The notes below the pieces were generated by a model. That model worked only from the letters and a program-made list of their open reading frames with translations, did no database searches and was not told the DNA's origin. Below, one piece after another: positions 43,243 through 52,924 of a stretch of DNA of 64,000 nucleotides. Position 1 is the first letter of the stretch. Each line of letters begins with the position of its first letter. Both the position numbers and the translations under genes were made by a program. Source of the DNA: Terriglobia bacterium (lineage in GTDB: Bacteria > Acidobacteriota > Terriglobia > JAJPHL01 > JAPKYU01); assembly GCA_965206645.1 (NCBI GenBank), contig CBDBKE010000004.1, positions 672,001-736,000 of the forward strand, given 5' to 3'.

Positions 43243-45312
43243 TCACCGCAACCATCGGTCCCACCAGGCAATGACCTGCCGGTACCAGAAGACGCTGCTG
43301 GCCGGCTTTAGGATCCAGTGACCCTCGTCGGGGAAATAGATCATCTTGGAGGGCACCTTCATTCGCTGTAGCGCCGTGTACATCTGCAAGCCCTGGCCGA
43401 TGTCCACCCGGTAGTCGAGCTGGCCGTGGATCACCAATGTGGGAGTCTTGAAATTCTTGACATAGCTACTGGGTGACAGCCGCCGATAAAGTCTCGCGTT
43501 TTCCCACGGCGCGCCGTGGAACTCCCACTCCGGGAACCAAAGCTCCTCCGTCGTGCCGTACATGCTCGGCAGGTCGAAGACGCCGGCGTGGCTCACGATA
43601 CAGCGGAAACGGTCGGTATGGCCCGCGATCCAGTTGGCCATGTAGCCGCCGTAGGAGGCGCCGGTGGCGCCGATGCGTGCAGGGTCCACGTAGGGCAGTT
43701 TTTCAACATACGCAACGCCCTTCATGATGTCCCCGTAGGCGCGGCCGCCCCAGTCAGCATTAATCTGATCCGTGAACTTATGGCCGTAGCCTGTTGGTCC
43801 GCGGCTGTTTACCATCGCCAGTACGTAGCCGGCGGCGGCGAACGTCTGCGCGTTCCACCGAAAACTCCAGCCGTCGCTCCAGGCGCTTTGCGGCCCGCCG
43901 TGCAGCAGGAACACCACCGGATACTTCTGGCTGGGGTCAAAGCCGGGCGGCTTCAACAGCCAGCCGTGTATGGGAGTGTCGTCGGCACCGGCGAAGGTGA
44001 ACGGCTCCGGGACCGAAAGGTGAGTGTCGGCAAGCAGCGGCTCGTTCAGGTTGGTCACCGGCTGTGGCTCGGCGGTGGTGACGTTGCCCGTACCGCTGGG
44101 GACTGGGGCGAGGAATATTTCATCGGGCCGGTTCATACTGTTGCGGGTGAAAACCAGTGTGCCTCCGTCAGACGTGATGCTCAGCTCACCGTTGGTCGCT
44201 CCGGTGACTACCGGGCGCGGTTCTCCGCCAGTCACATTGATGACGAGGATGGGATGGGTGGCCTGATCCGCCGTCCCGAAGTAGATGCGCCGGCTGTCCG
44301 GGGACCAAACCAGAAAGGCAACGGAGCGGTCATAGGTCTCGGTGAGGTCAATGTGACGGCCAGACCTTCGGTCATAGAGCATGAGCCGAAAGCGGTCTGC
44401 TTCGTAGCCGGGACGAATCATCGCCCGGTAGGCAATGTAGCCTCCATCGGGCGAATACACGGTCGTGGCATCCCAGGCAGGATTGGAAGTGAGCTTCCTG
44501 GCTTTGAGCGGCGCGCCGTCTTTCGGGGGGGCCTGGCTCCCGTTTACAGGCACAAGAAAAATGTCCTTGTTGGTGCTCAGAGCCTCCACGGGATCCAAAT
44601 TGGCGGTGTAAGCCACCTCCGCGCCGTCCGGTGAGAAGCTGTATTCATCCGGGCCCCCCAGTGAAAACGGGGGCACGTCGTAATCGCCGTGGGTCAGGTC
44701 AAGCGGCATTCCGCCGCCGGACGCAATCAGAAACAGGTGGCTGCGCTTGTTGTCTTTGTAGGTATTCCAGTGGCGAAACAGCAGTCGGGTAAAACTTTTT
44801 GCCTGCACTGGACCTTTGGACAGCTGTTGCTCGCGCCGACGGTTGCACTCCATGTCAGGACAGTCGGGATAGACGCTGGAAGTGAACAACAGGTGACGGC
44901 CCTTGGGCGACCACAGGACCCCACCGGCACCGCCCGGGACATCCGTCAGCCGGCGGGCTTTGCTTCCGTCGGCGCGCATCAGCCAGATTTGCTGCGAGTC
45001 ATCGCGGTTGCCCAGAAACGCGATGCGCCGGCCGTCGAGGGACCAGCGCGGACGCACGTTCCGTGTGCCCTTGCGAGTGATCTGCCGCGGCTTGCCGCCT
45101 TCAAGCGCGACCACCCAAATCTGGGACGGCTGCGTATTCTTCTCCAGGTCCGGGGTGACCACGGTAAACAGCACCGTGCGTCCGTCGGGCGACACCTGAG
45201 GGTCGGAGATGCGGTGCAGGGCCAGCAGTTGTTCCACGCTGAAGGGCTTTTTCTCTGCGACCAGCGGTGTGGCCGCCAGCAGAACTATGGTCCACAATCG
45301 GACAAATCGCAT
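43243..45312 (-). CDS. S9-family peptidase (prolyl oligopeptidase/acylaminoacyl peptidase-like)
   Basis: PD40-like repeats; HGGP, GASYGG, DYRV, PDEGH catalytic motifs; signal peptide. Confidence 0.95.
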   Translation of the reverse strand: MRFVRLWTIVLLAATPLVAEKKPFSVEQLLALHRISDPQVSPDGRTVLFTVVTPDLEKNTQPSQIWVVALEGGKPRQITRKGTRNVRPRWSLDGRRIAFLGNRDDSQQIWLMRADGSKARRLTDVPGGAGGVLWSPKGRHLLFTSSVYPDCPDMECNRRREQQLSKGPVQAKSFTRLLFRHWNTYKDNKRSHLFLIASGGGMPLDLTHGDYDVPPFSLGGPDEYSFSPDGAEVAYTANLDPVEALSTNKDIFLVPVNGSQAPPKDGAPLKARKLTSNPAWDATTVYSPDGGYIAYRAMIRPGYEADRFRLMLYDRRSGRHIDLTETYDRSVAFLVWSPDSRRIYFGTADQATHPILVINVTGGEPRPVVTGATNGELSITSDGGTLVFTRNSMNRPDEIFLAPVPSGTGNVTTAEPQPVTNLNEPLLADTHLSVPEPFTFAGADDTPIHGWLLKPPGFDPSQKYPVVFLLHGGPQSAWSDGWSFRWNAQTFAAAGYVLAMVNSRGPTGYGHKFTDQINADWGGRAYGDIMKGVAYVEKLPYVDPARIGATGASYGGYMANWIAGHTDRFRCIVSHAGVFDLPSMYGTTEELWFPEWEFHGAPWENARLYRRLSPSSYVKNFKTPTLVIHGQLDYRVDIGQGLQMYTALQRMKVPSKMIYFPDEGHWILKPASSVFWYRQVIAWWDRWLR

Positions 45313-45424
45313 GGGCCTCTTCTATCACAAACACGGCACAAACAAGGTGCCGGAGGGCAAAGCGCGCGGGAACCTGTTGGCTATGGCCGCACTGCGTGGG
45401 CTATACTAGGGCAGAGCTGTCGCC

Positions 45425-45518
45425 GGAGAGGTGGCCGAGAGGCTGAAGGCGGCGGTTTGCTAAACCGTTATAGGGGCCTAAACCTCTATCGAGGGTTCGA
45501 ATCCCTCCCTCTCCGCCA
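45425..45518 (+). tRNA. tRNA-Ser(GCT)
   Basis: GGAGAGG/CCTCTCC acceptor stem, anticodon loop TTGCTAA, long variable arm, GGTTCGAATCC T-loop, encoded CCA; TATACT upstream. Confidence 0.96.
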
Positions 45519-45687
45519 GCAACAACTTAAGCGACATCTAGGGCGACCTGGAGTCTCAGGATGCGCCCTAAGTGCCAATCTTTTGCCAAATCTCAATCTC
45601 TTGCCAAATCCAGGTTGAGATCCGGCCACTGTAAGACCAGAATGGCTCTCAAGCGATGCTCTCTGTTCAGATGACTACGGCTTAGAC

Positions 45688-47376
45688 ATGCCAACTCTGC
45701 ATCTGTGGCGTTTCCTGGCTTTCCTTCTCCTTTTCGCGGGGTGCTCAAGGGCACCGGACTACGATGTGATTATCCGTAACGGCACGCTCTATGACGGCAG
45801 TGGCCAAGCTCCTATCGTGGGTGATGTGGGAATCAAGGGCGACACGATCGTGGGGATCGGATCGCTGAAAGAGGCCCGTGGACGAACGGAGATCGATGCC
45901 ACCGGCCTGGCCGTCGCGCCTGGCTTTATCAACATGCTCAGTTGGGCGGTCGATTCGCTGATTGCGGATGGTCGTTCGCAAGGGGACATTAGACAAGGGG
46001 TGACTCTAGAGGTCTTCGGCGAGGGGAGGTCCGGGGGGCCCTTGAACGCGGAGATGAAGAAGGAGGCACGCGAAAGGCAGAGCGATATCCAATACGAGAT
46101 CGAATGGACTACCCTGTCGGACTACCTCAAGTATCTTGTGCGACGGGGCATCTCGACGAATGTCGCGTCCTTTGTGGGAGCGACCACGGTGCGTGTCCAC
46201 GTCATCGGCTACGAACACCGGAAGCCGACCTCGGCCGAACTCGACCGGATGTGCCAACTGGTACGCCAGGCGATGGAAGAGGGCGCCCTTGGTGTCGGGT
46301 CTTCGCTCATCTACGCGCCTGCTTTCTACGCCGACACGGACGAACTGATCGCGCTGGCTAAGGTGGCCGCTGAATACGACGGCATGTATGTCTCGCACAT
46401 ACGAAGCGAAGGCAATCGCTTGCTGGAAGCGGTCGATGAGGCGATCGCGATTGCCCGAGAGGCCGGGATCCGGGCCGAGATTTACCATCTCAAAGCGGCC
46501 GGCCGTTCAAACTGGGACAAGATGGACAAAGTGATCGAGAAGATTGAGGCTGCCCGCGCGCAAGGGCTGCAGATGACAGCGGACATGTACACCTACACTG
46601 CCGGTCGCACCGGACTCAACGCCGCCATGCCTCTCTGGGTGCAGGAAGGAGGCCACCGGGCATGGGTCGAGCGGCTGAAGGATCCTGCCATTCGGAAGCG
46701 GGTGAAGCGAGAGATGTCCACACCCACCGACAAGTGGGAAAACCTCTACCTCGCCGCAGGCTCTCCGGACAACATCTTGCTCATCGGTTTCAAGAGCGAA
46801 GCCCTGAAGCCGCTGACCGGCAAGACGCTGGCCGAGGTGGCGAGCATGCGCGGAAAGTCACCGGAAGAAACCGCAATGGACCTCGTCATTGAGGACGACA
46901 GTCGCGTCATCACCATCTACTTTCTGATGTCCGAGGATAACGTCCGCAAGCAGATCAAGCTTCCTTGGGTAAGCTTCGGCTCAGACGATCCCTCGATGGC
47001 TCCCGAAGGAATCTTCCTGAGATCCAACCCGCATCCCCGAGCGTACGGCACTTTTGCGCGGCTCCTGGGCAAATACGTCCGTGACGAGAAGGTTATCCCA
47101 TTAGAGGAAGCGATTCGGCGACTGACCTCTTTGACGGCAACAAACTTGAAGATCCAACGGCGCGGCAGGCTGATTGCTGGACACTTTGCTGACGTGGTTG
47201 TCTTCGACTCGGCGAAGATTCAGGATCATGCAACCTTCGAAAAGCCCCACCAGTACTCTACCGGGGTGGTGCACGTTTTCGTCAACGGCACCCAGGTTTT
47301 GAAGGATGGCGAACACACTGGTGCCACACCCGGCCGGGTGGTGTTCGGCCCCGGCGCTCCCTCACCTCTGCAGTGA
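45688..47376 (+). CDS. N-acyl-D-amino-acid deacylase (D-aminoacylase), lipoprotein
   Basis: Lipobox FAGC; APGFIN, SHIRSEG, HPRAYGTF, ADVVVFD. Confidence 0.9.
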   Translation: MPTLHLWRFLAFLLLFAGCSRAPDYDVIIRNGTLYDGSGQAPIVGDVGIKGDTIVGIGSLKEARGRTEIDATGLAVAPGFINMLSWAVDSLIADGRSQGDIRQGVTLEVFGEGRSGGPLNAEMKKEARERQSDIQYEIEWTTLSDYLKYLVRRGISTNVASFVGATTVRVHVIGYEHRKPTSAELDRMCQLVRQAMEEGALGVGSSLIYAPAFYADTDELIALAKVAAEYDGMYVSHIRSEGNRLLEAVDEAIAIAREAGIRAEIYHLKAAGRSNWDKMDKVIEKIEAARAQGLQMTADMYTYTAGRTGLNAAMPLWVQEGGHRAWVERLKDPAIRKRVKREMSTPTDKWENLYLAAGSPDNILLIGFKSEALKPLTGKTLAEVASMRGKSPEETAMDLVIEDDSRVITIYFLMSEDNVRKQIKLPWVSFGSDDPSMAPEGIFLRSNPHPRAYGTFARLLGKYVRDEKVIPLEEAIRRLTSLTATNLKIQRRGRLIAGHFADVVVFDSAKIQDHATFEKPHQYSTGVVHVFVNGTQVLKDGEHTGATPGRVVFGPGAPSPLQ

Positions 47377-47666
47377 AAGGTCCGGAGGAACTCCGGGCAC
47401 TTCCTTCCAGCTAGTGCGGCGCTCGGCCCACGAAGCAGTGGAGACGTACCGGCGGCTGGGCGATTGAAGTGGTCGAAAGCATCAAGCTGGCCATCCGGGC
47501 CGAAAAATCAGTAAACACTAGCCCGTTAGTGGCGACCTATCTGGCATTGCGCGGGCATTGCGGCTGACAAGTATGGTATCTCACCAACACGCAAGGTGTT
47601 GAACGTCGTGGCTTGGTTGAGTAGACAACAGCCCGTGAGGCGTGTAAAAAAACGGCTCGGCTCCGC

Positions 47667-49016
47667 CTATCCGATATCCGACAGGTGCTCCAGCTTGCCG
47701 GTCGAGTCACCCAGGGTTTCGGTCGGTATACCCATGCGGTCGAGCATTAAAAGGAACAGATTATTCAGGGGTGTTTTTTCCGGGCACACCATGTGCCGTC
47801 CAGGCTTTAGCGTGTTGCCTGCCCTGCCCGCAAGCAGCACCGGAAGGTCTTCATGCGTGTGCAGGTTGCCGTCCGACAAGCCAGAGCCGTAGACGATCAT
47901 CGAGCTATCGAGCAGTGTTCCTTCGCCATCGCTGACCGATTTCATTTTCCCGAGAAAGTAAGCAAACTGCTCGATGTGGAAGCGGTTGATCTTGCTGATC
48001 TTCCGGATCTTCTCCTGATCCCTTCGGTGGTGACTCAAGCCGTGGTGCACGTCCGAGACCCCGATTTCAGGATAGCTGCGGTTGCTGCCCTCCGGCCCGA
48101 TCATGAAAGTCAGGATGCGAGTCGAGTCCGTCTGGAAAGCGACCGTCGCCAGATCGAATAGGATCTTCACGTGCTCGCTAAACTCGACCGGGACGCCGTG
48201 CGGCTTCTCCAGATCTGCCGGCAATTCCAACTCTTCCTTCTCTGCGGACGAAATCCGCCGCTCGATTTCCCGAATCCCCTCGAGGTATTCCTGAAGCTTG
48301 CGGCGATCCGTCGGTCCCAGCGATCCCTGCAGTCGCTTGGCGTCTTCCCGCACGAAATCTAGAATCGACCGCTCGTGCCGGAGGCGCTGGGCTCGAGCGT
48401 CCAGGGTTTCGTCTGTTCGGACATCTCCAAACAGCCTTTCGAATACCAGCCGTGGATTAATCTCTGGAGGATTCGGCGTAGTGGACGATCGCCAAGACAC
48501 GCTATTCGAGTAAGCACAGCTATACCCGGAGTCGCAGTTGCCGGCCAAACGCCCCGGCTCGGTTCCCAACTCGACCGAGGCAAAACGAGTTTTGCCGCCC
48601 ACCTTTTGGGCCACCACCTGATCGACCGAGATGCCCACCTGGATGTTGGCACCGCTCGTCTTTTTGGGGTGAACGCCGGTCAGGAAGGTCGACCCTGCGC
48701 GGGCATGGTCACCGGGTCCGTCCCCAAGGGAATTCCCTTGGTATTGCGCCAACCCGGTGAGGACAAGCAAGTCCTCCCGGAAAGGCTCAAGCGGCTTGAG
48801 AATTGGTCCAAGGTTGTAGCCAGCTCCGGGCTTTGCGGGCGTCCAATCCTCCATGATCGCGCCGTTGGGGATATAGACGAACGCCATTCGCCGCGGCCTG
48901 CTTTTGCGGAGAAGGGGCGATGCAAAAGCGGGCACCATCGAATCGAGAAACGGCAGAGCGATCATCGTGCCCAAGCCTCGCAGCACGGTCCGTCTCGGGA
49001 TGTGTTTCCCTCTCAT
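47667..49016 (-). CDS. DUF1552 domain protein
   Basis: RRTVLRGLG...LPFLDSM, PNG, SIDQ, CDSGYSCAY, HHGLSHH, GSGLSDGNLH. Confidence 0.9.
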   Translation of the reverse strand: MRGKHIPRRTVLRGLGTMIALPFLDSMVPAFASPLLRKSRPRRMAFVYIPNGAIMEDWTPAKPGAGYNLGPILKPLEPFREDLLVLTGLAQYQGNSLGDGPGDHARAGSTFLTGVHPKKTSGANIQVGISVDQVVAQKVGGKTRFASVELGTEPGRLAGNCDSGYSCAYSNSVSWRSSTTPNPPEINPRLVFERLFGDVRTDETLDARAQRLRHERSILDFVREDAKRLQGSLGPTDRRKLQEYLEGIREIERRISSAEKEELELPADLEKPHGVPVEFSEHVKILFDLATVAFQTDSTRILTFMIGPEGSNRSYPEIGVSDVHHGLSHHRRDQEKIRKISKINRFHIEQFAYFLGKMKSVSDGEGTLLDSSMIVYGSGLSDGNLHTHEDLPVLLAGRAGNTLKPGRHMVCPEKTPLNNLFLLMLDRMGIPTETLGDSTGKLEHLSDIG

Positions 49017-49019
49017 GGG

Positions 49020-51617
49020 TCAGTCGCTCCTTTCCTCAAGCCGCATCTGAAAAGGCATGCTCTCGACGATTCCCAGAACCAAGCTCGAGAACCGGTATCC
49101 GTTTCGGGCGATGTCCCTACGGATCTCTTCAATCACCGGCTCATCGTAGCTCTCGAGGCCGCGTCCTAAAGCGTAGGTTAGCACCTTCTCGGTCAAGTTG
49201 CGGGCGAATTGGTCCTGTTGCGCATAGAGCACAGCTCTTAGGCCCGCCGGACCATCAAAGCGTTTTCCGCCCGGTAGCTCACCCGAGGCGTCGATGGGGA
49301 AGTTCCCGTCGGCCGTTCTCCAGCCTCCGATGGCGTTGTAGTTCTCGAGGCCGAACCCGATAGGGTCCATACGGTCATGGCACACCGCACAGCTTGGGGC
49401 AGCCCGGTGCCTCTCCAGCATTTGCCGCAAGGAGGCCCCTTTAGCCACCCTCTGCTCATCCAGTTTGGGAACGTCCCCCGGAGGGTCCGGTGGCCGGTCT
49501 CCAAGAAGGGTCTCCAGCACCCAAAGGCCACGCAGAACCGGCGAGGTGCGCGTGGGATAGGAAGATACCGTCAGCACGCTCGCCTGTGTCAGCACTCCGC
49601 CACGCTGTTCGCCTGAGAGCTGTACCCGGCGGAACCCGGGACCTTCAACCCCCTCGATGCCGTAGTGTTTCGCCAGCCGTTCGTTCAGGAAGGTGTAATC
49701 AGCCTTCAAAAGTTCGAAGATGCTGCGGTCTTCGCGCATGATGTGATCGAAGAAAAGCTCACTCTCGCGCACCATCGCCTCCCGAAGCTCTTCGTCGAAC
49801 TCGGGAAAGGTTTCCGGGTCAGGCTTCGCGAGCGAGACGTTCCGCAGCTGCAGCCACTGCCCAGCGAAATTGTCGACGAACGCTTGAGACTTCTTGTCCC
49901 GGATCATCATCATGACCTGCGCCCGCCGTCCGTCCTTTGTGCGCAGGTCACCACGTGCCGCGGCCTTCAACAGCTCCTCGTCCGGCATACTGCTCCAAAG
50001 GAAATAAGAGAGCCGGGAGGCCAGTTCGAAGTCGTCGATGGGACGAGTGGGGCGCGGTCTCGCAGGGTCAGGGTCGCGCTCGATCCGGAACAGAAACTGT
50101 GGGGAAACCAGGATGGCTTTCAAGGCGAGTTGGATGCCTTGTTCAAAGCTTGCACCCTGCTTTACGGCGTCGTTGGCAAAGCGAGCGTAGCTGCGGACTT
50201 CTTTCTCTGTCACCGGCCGGCGGAAAGCAAGCCTCACCAGGCGTCCTAAGATTCTTTCCGCACAAATTCCCTCGAAGCTGTTGTCCGCCGGCTCACACAC
50301 CATGATCTCGCGGTGACTCTGGCGCAGTGGCGCCGGTTCAGAATTGAACGGGCCTTTGATCTCGATGTAGTCGGCGAACACCATCCTCGCCGCGTTTTTG
50401 TAGTTCGCGCTCCGGTACTCGGTCCAATCAAGCGAGTTCGGATTCCAACGTTCGCCTTCAGGCGTCAAGACTTCCGCATATAATTCCCGCTCACCGGCTT
50501 CGACGCGTACACGGACGGGGTCGGGCTCTTCGTAATCGAGCTTACGCTCGGCACGGTAACTCGCCAGTTTCTCGCCCTCCAATGTGAAAACGACGGCCAG
50601 TGGCGGCGGAGGTGGAAGCGGGGGCGGCGCGGGGTTTTCTTCGAGCCAATCCCGATATTCGACCAGCTTTGACAGCAGCGTCTCGCGTTCGAAGACAAAC
50701 GTCCCGGCGCGTTTGGGAGCATCGAATTTCTCCATGAACTGGATAGCGTGGTCTAGGCTCAGGCAGAATTCTTTCGCCAACATATCGAGGTCGATCGTCT
50801 CCACCTTGAGATCCAACACCTGCTCGATGAGTTCCGGCACTCGGTGCGTCCATTCCGGCCGTCGCTCGGGGACTCTGCGGCGGTCAACGAACCGCAACCG
50901 TAGGTCATACTCCCCCGTTGCAGGAAAAAGATGCCGCACGGCAAGCCTGCCCTCCGGCGAGTAAGGAACTCGCCCCGCAGCCCCAATCTGGCGTTGCTCG
51001 CCCTCCGCTCGCGGAGCGCTGTAGCGGAGCACTTTGGGTTTGACGCGGCGGTCGGCCACGATCGCGCGCCGAACGATCTTGTCGGCGGCAGCCATGTACT
51101 TCTCCATGAGCACTGGAGAAATCGACAAAACATCACCGATGTTGTCGAATCCGTATCCTGTGTCGTCGACAGGGAAATCGTCGGCGGGCCGGAAGTCGAT
51201 TCCCAGCAGGTCCCGCACGGTGTTGTTGTATTCGGCGCGGTTCAGCCGCCGGGCGGTCACACGGCCGGGATTGAGTTGGGTATCTTCGGGCGCCAGGTTG
51301 GCAAGGTTGGCGTCAATCCAGTCGAGAACTGCGGCAACTTCTTCGGGGGCTGGGCGCGGCCGGGGCGACGGTGGCATCATCTTGCGGTCGAGCATCTGCT
51401 TGACACGCCCCCAAACTTTGCCGTCCTGGAGCGCTGACCTCTCGTCCTGGTAGCCGTCGAACGACAGATCCGCCGTTTTCAGCTCGTCGTTGTGGCAGAA
51501 GGTACAGTGAGTCTTGAGGAAGGGCTGAACAGAATCTTTGAAGGTGGAGGTAGCAGCAGTACCGGCGGGCGTCAGTAGCACACAGAAAGCGCTGAACCAA
51601 AGCCAGCTGTGCAACAC
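49020..51617 (-). CDS. DUF1592/DUF1588/DUF1585 (PSD) planctomycete-type cytochrome c protein
   Basis: CTFCH and CAVCH heme motifs; RRLNRAEYNNT, ELASRLSYFLWSSMPD, TSPVLRG, YALGRGL. Confidence 0.92.
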   Translation of the reverse strand: MLHSWLWFSAFCVLLTPAGTAATSTFKDSVQPFLKTHCTFCHNDELKTADLSFDGYQDERSALQDGKVWGRVKQMLDRKMMPPSPRPRPAPEEVAAVLDWIDANLANLAPEDTQLNPGRVTARRLNRAEYNNTVRDLLGIDFRPADDFPVDDTGYGFDNIGDVLSISPVLMEKYMAAADKIVRRAIVADRRVKPKVLRYSAPRAEGEQRQIGAAGRVPYSPEGRLAVRHLFPATGEYDLRLRFVDRRRVPERRPEWTHRVPELIEQVLDLKVETIDLDMLAKEFCLSLDHAIQFMEKFDAPKRAGTFVFERETLLSKLVEYRDWLEENPAPPPLPPPPPLAVVFTLEGEKLASYRAERKLDYEEPDPVRVRVEAGERELYAEVLTPEGERWNPNSLDWTEYRSANYKNAARMVFADYIEIKGPFNSEPAPLRQSHREIMVCEPADNSFEGICAERILGRLVRLAFRRPVTEKEVRSYARFANDAVKQGASFEQGIQLALKAILVSPQFLFRIERDPDPARPRPTRPIDDFELASRLSYFLWSSMPDEELLKAAARGDLRTKDGRRAQVMMMIRDKKSQAFVDNFAGQWLQLRNVSLAKPDPETFPEFDEELREAMVRESELFFDHIMREDRSIFELLKADYTFLNERLAKHYGIEGVEGPGFRRVQLSGEQRGGVLTQASVLTVSSYPTRTSPVLRGLWVLETLLGDRPPDPPGDVPKLDEQRVAKGASLRQMLERHRAAPSCAVCHDRMDPIGFGLENYNAIGGWRTADGNFPIDASGELPGGKRFDGPAGLRAVLYAQQDQFARNLTEKVLTYALGRGLESYDEPVIEEIRRDIARNGYRFSSLVLGIVESMPFQMRLEERSD

Positions 51618-51926
51618 AATCTCCCCGTCGACCTATCTATTGCCAGGATAACATCTACGCCAGGATTTCCATTTTGGCCCTGGCACGGCCACAGTATACA
51701 CCCCGCGCTGCCCCGAACCACGTCACCCTGCGCATCACCTCTGCCGGCAGGCGCCAGAGCTCGTGCGTCCGCTCGCAGATGTTGATTGAGCCGCGCAGCT
51801 GGGGCGGTGCTCCGCTAATTTCAGTGAAACGGGGCTGACTCTTAAGCGTTAGACTTGGACGGGGTCCAGCTTTTCCGAATACATCCGGGATTTGCATTAC
51901 GCTCGGTGTTTCCCTGAGGAGTGGCG

Positions 51927-52886
51927 ATGAGAAGAACCTGTAGCTTTTTCCTCCTTTTGCTTATCCCTGTCTTCCTCGCTGCGCAGCTTCAGCCAGCGAA
52001 TCCGGCAAAGGGGCAGTCCAACAGGATACGGAACCTGTACGACGCCTTCGGCTACGAGAAGAAAGGAACGGTTCTCGACTGGGGGTTCTCGGTGCTGATT
52101 CAATACCGCGGGATGACCATTCTGTTCGACGCGGGGAGCAATGCCGAAACCCTGGAACGCAACGCCAAAGCGCAGGGTGTGGACCTCCGCAAGGTTGACC
52201 TAGCCGTTCTTTCTCACCGGCATGGCGACCACTCCTCTGGATTCGACTATCTCCTGAAAGTCAATCCTTCCGTGAAGCTCTATCTTCCTAATGACAGAGC
52301 CCTGGGGGCTCCGGTGGAATGGAATTTGCCAAGACTGCCGAAAGAGATCGCCGAGATGCCTCGGGAGCAGTTGTATTTCCGAGGAGAGGAAACCACCTTC
52401 GTCTACACTCCGAGTGGCCGATTCTGGCGCGCCAACGCGGTATTCTTGCCCGAAAGCAAGGAGGTAGCTCCGGGCGTGTTTCTAATTGCCACCACCTCGC
52501 CGCTGCTGGGAAACTTTTCCAAATATCCGCCACACGAACGCGAACCGGCACTCACCGGTTTGCCTGAACTGTCGCTGGCTTTGAGGACCGAGAAGGGGGT
52601 GGTTCTGATAGTTGGCTGCTCACACAGCAAGGTGGAGGAGATCGTCCTGAAGACAAGACGGCACGTTCACCGGAGGGTGGAATTGGTGATGGGCGGCTTT
52701 CATCTTCTGCCATATTCCGCAGAGCACATCACTGAGGTGGCAGCCAAGATGAAGGACGATCTGCGTGTGAACAGAGTCGCGCCGGCACACTGCACCGGCA
52801 ACCTGGCATTCAAGATCTTCCGGCAGGTCTATGGCGACAATTACTCTTACGGTGGTCTTGGCGCCGAGATCCCCTTCGGACCCTAG
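51927..52886 (+). CDS. Exported MBL-fold metallo-hydrolase
   Basis: WGFS, FDAG, SHRHGDH, GCSH, GGFH, AHCTG. Confidence 0.9.
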   Translation: MRRTCSFFLLLLIPVFLAAQLQPANPAKGQSNRIRNLYDAFGYEKKGTVLDWGFSVLIQYRGMTILFDAGSNAETLERNAKAQGVDLRKVDLAVLSHRHGDHSSGFDYLLKVNPSVKLYLPNDRALGAPVEWNLPRLPKEIAEMPREQLYFRGEETTFVYTPSGRFWRANAVFLPESKEVAPGVFLIATTSPLLGNFSKYPPHEREPALTGLPELSLALRTEKGVVLIVGCSHSKVEEIVLKTRRHVHRRVELVMGGFHLLPYSAEHITEVAAKMKDDLRVNRVAPAHCTGNLAFKIFRQVYGDNYSYGGLGAEIPFGP

Positions 52887-52924
52887 CCTTCAGCCACAGG
52901 AGACCCGGCCAGAAGCTCACGGCC

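Noticed and set aside
47376-47400. GGAGGAACTCCGGGCAC resembling the RNase P RNA GAGGAAAGTCCGGGC motif
   Set aside because: It has mismatches, and the other conserved RNase P elements are absent downstream.
51655-51897. 80-aa minus-strand ORF upstream of the DUF1592 gene
   Set aside because: The 3' half looks coding-like but has no credible start or recognisable family; possibly a gene remnant.
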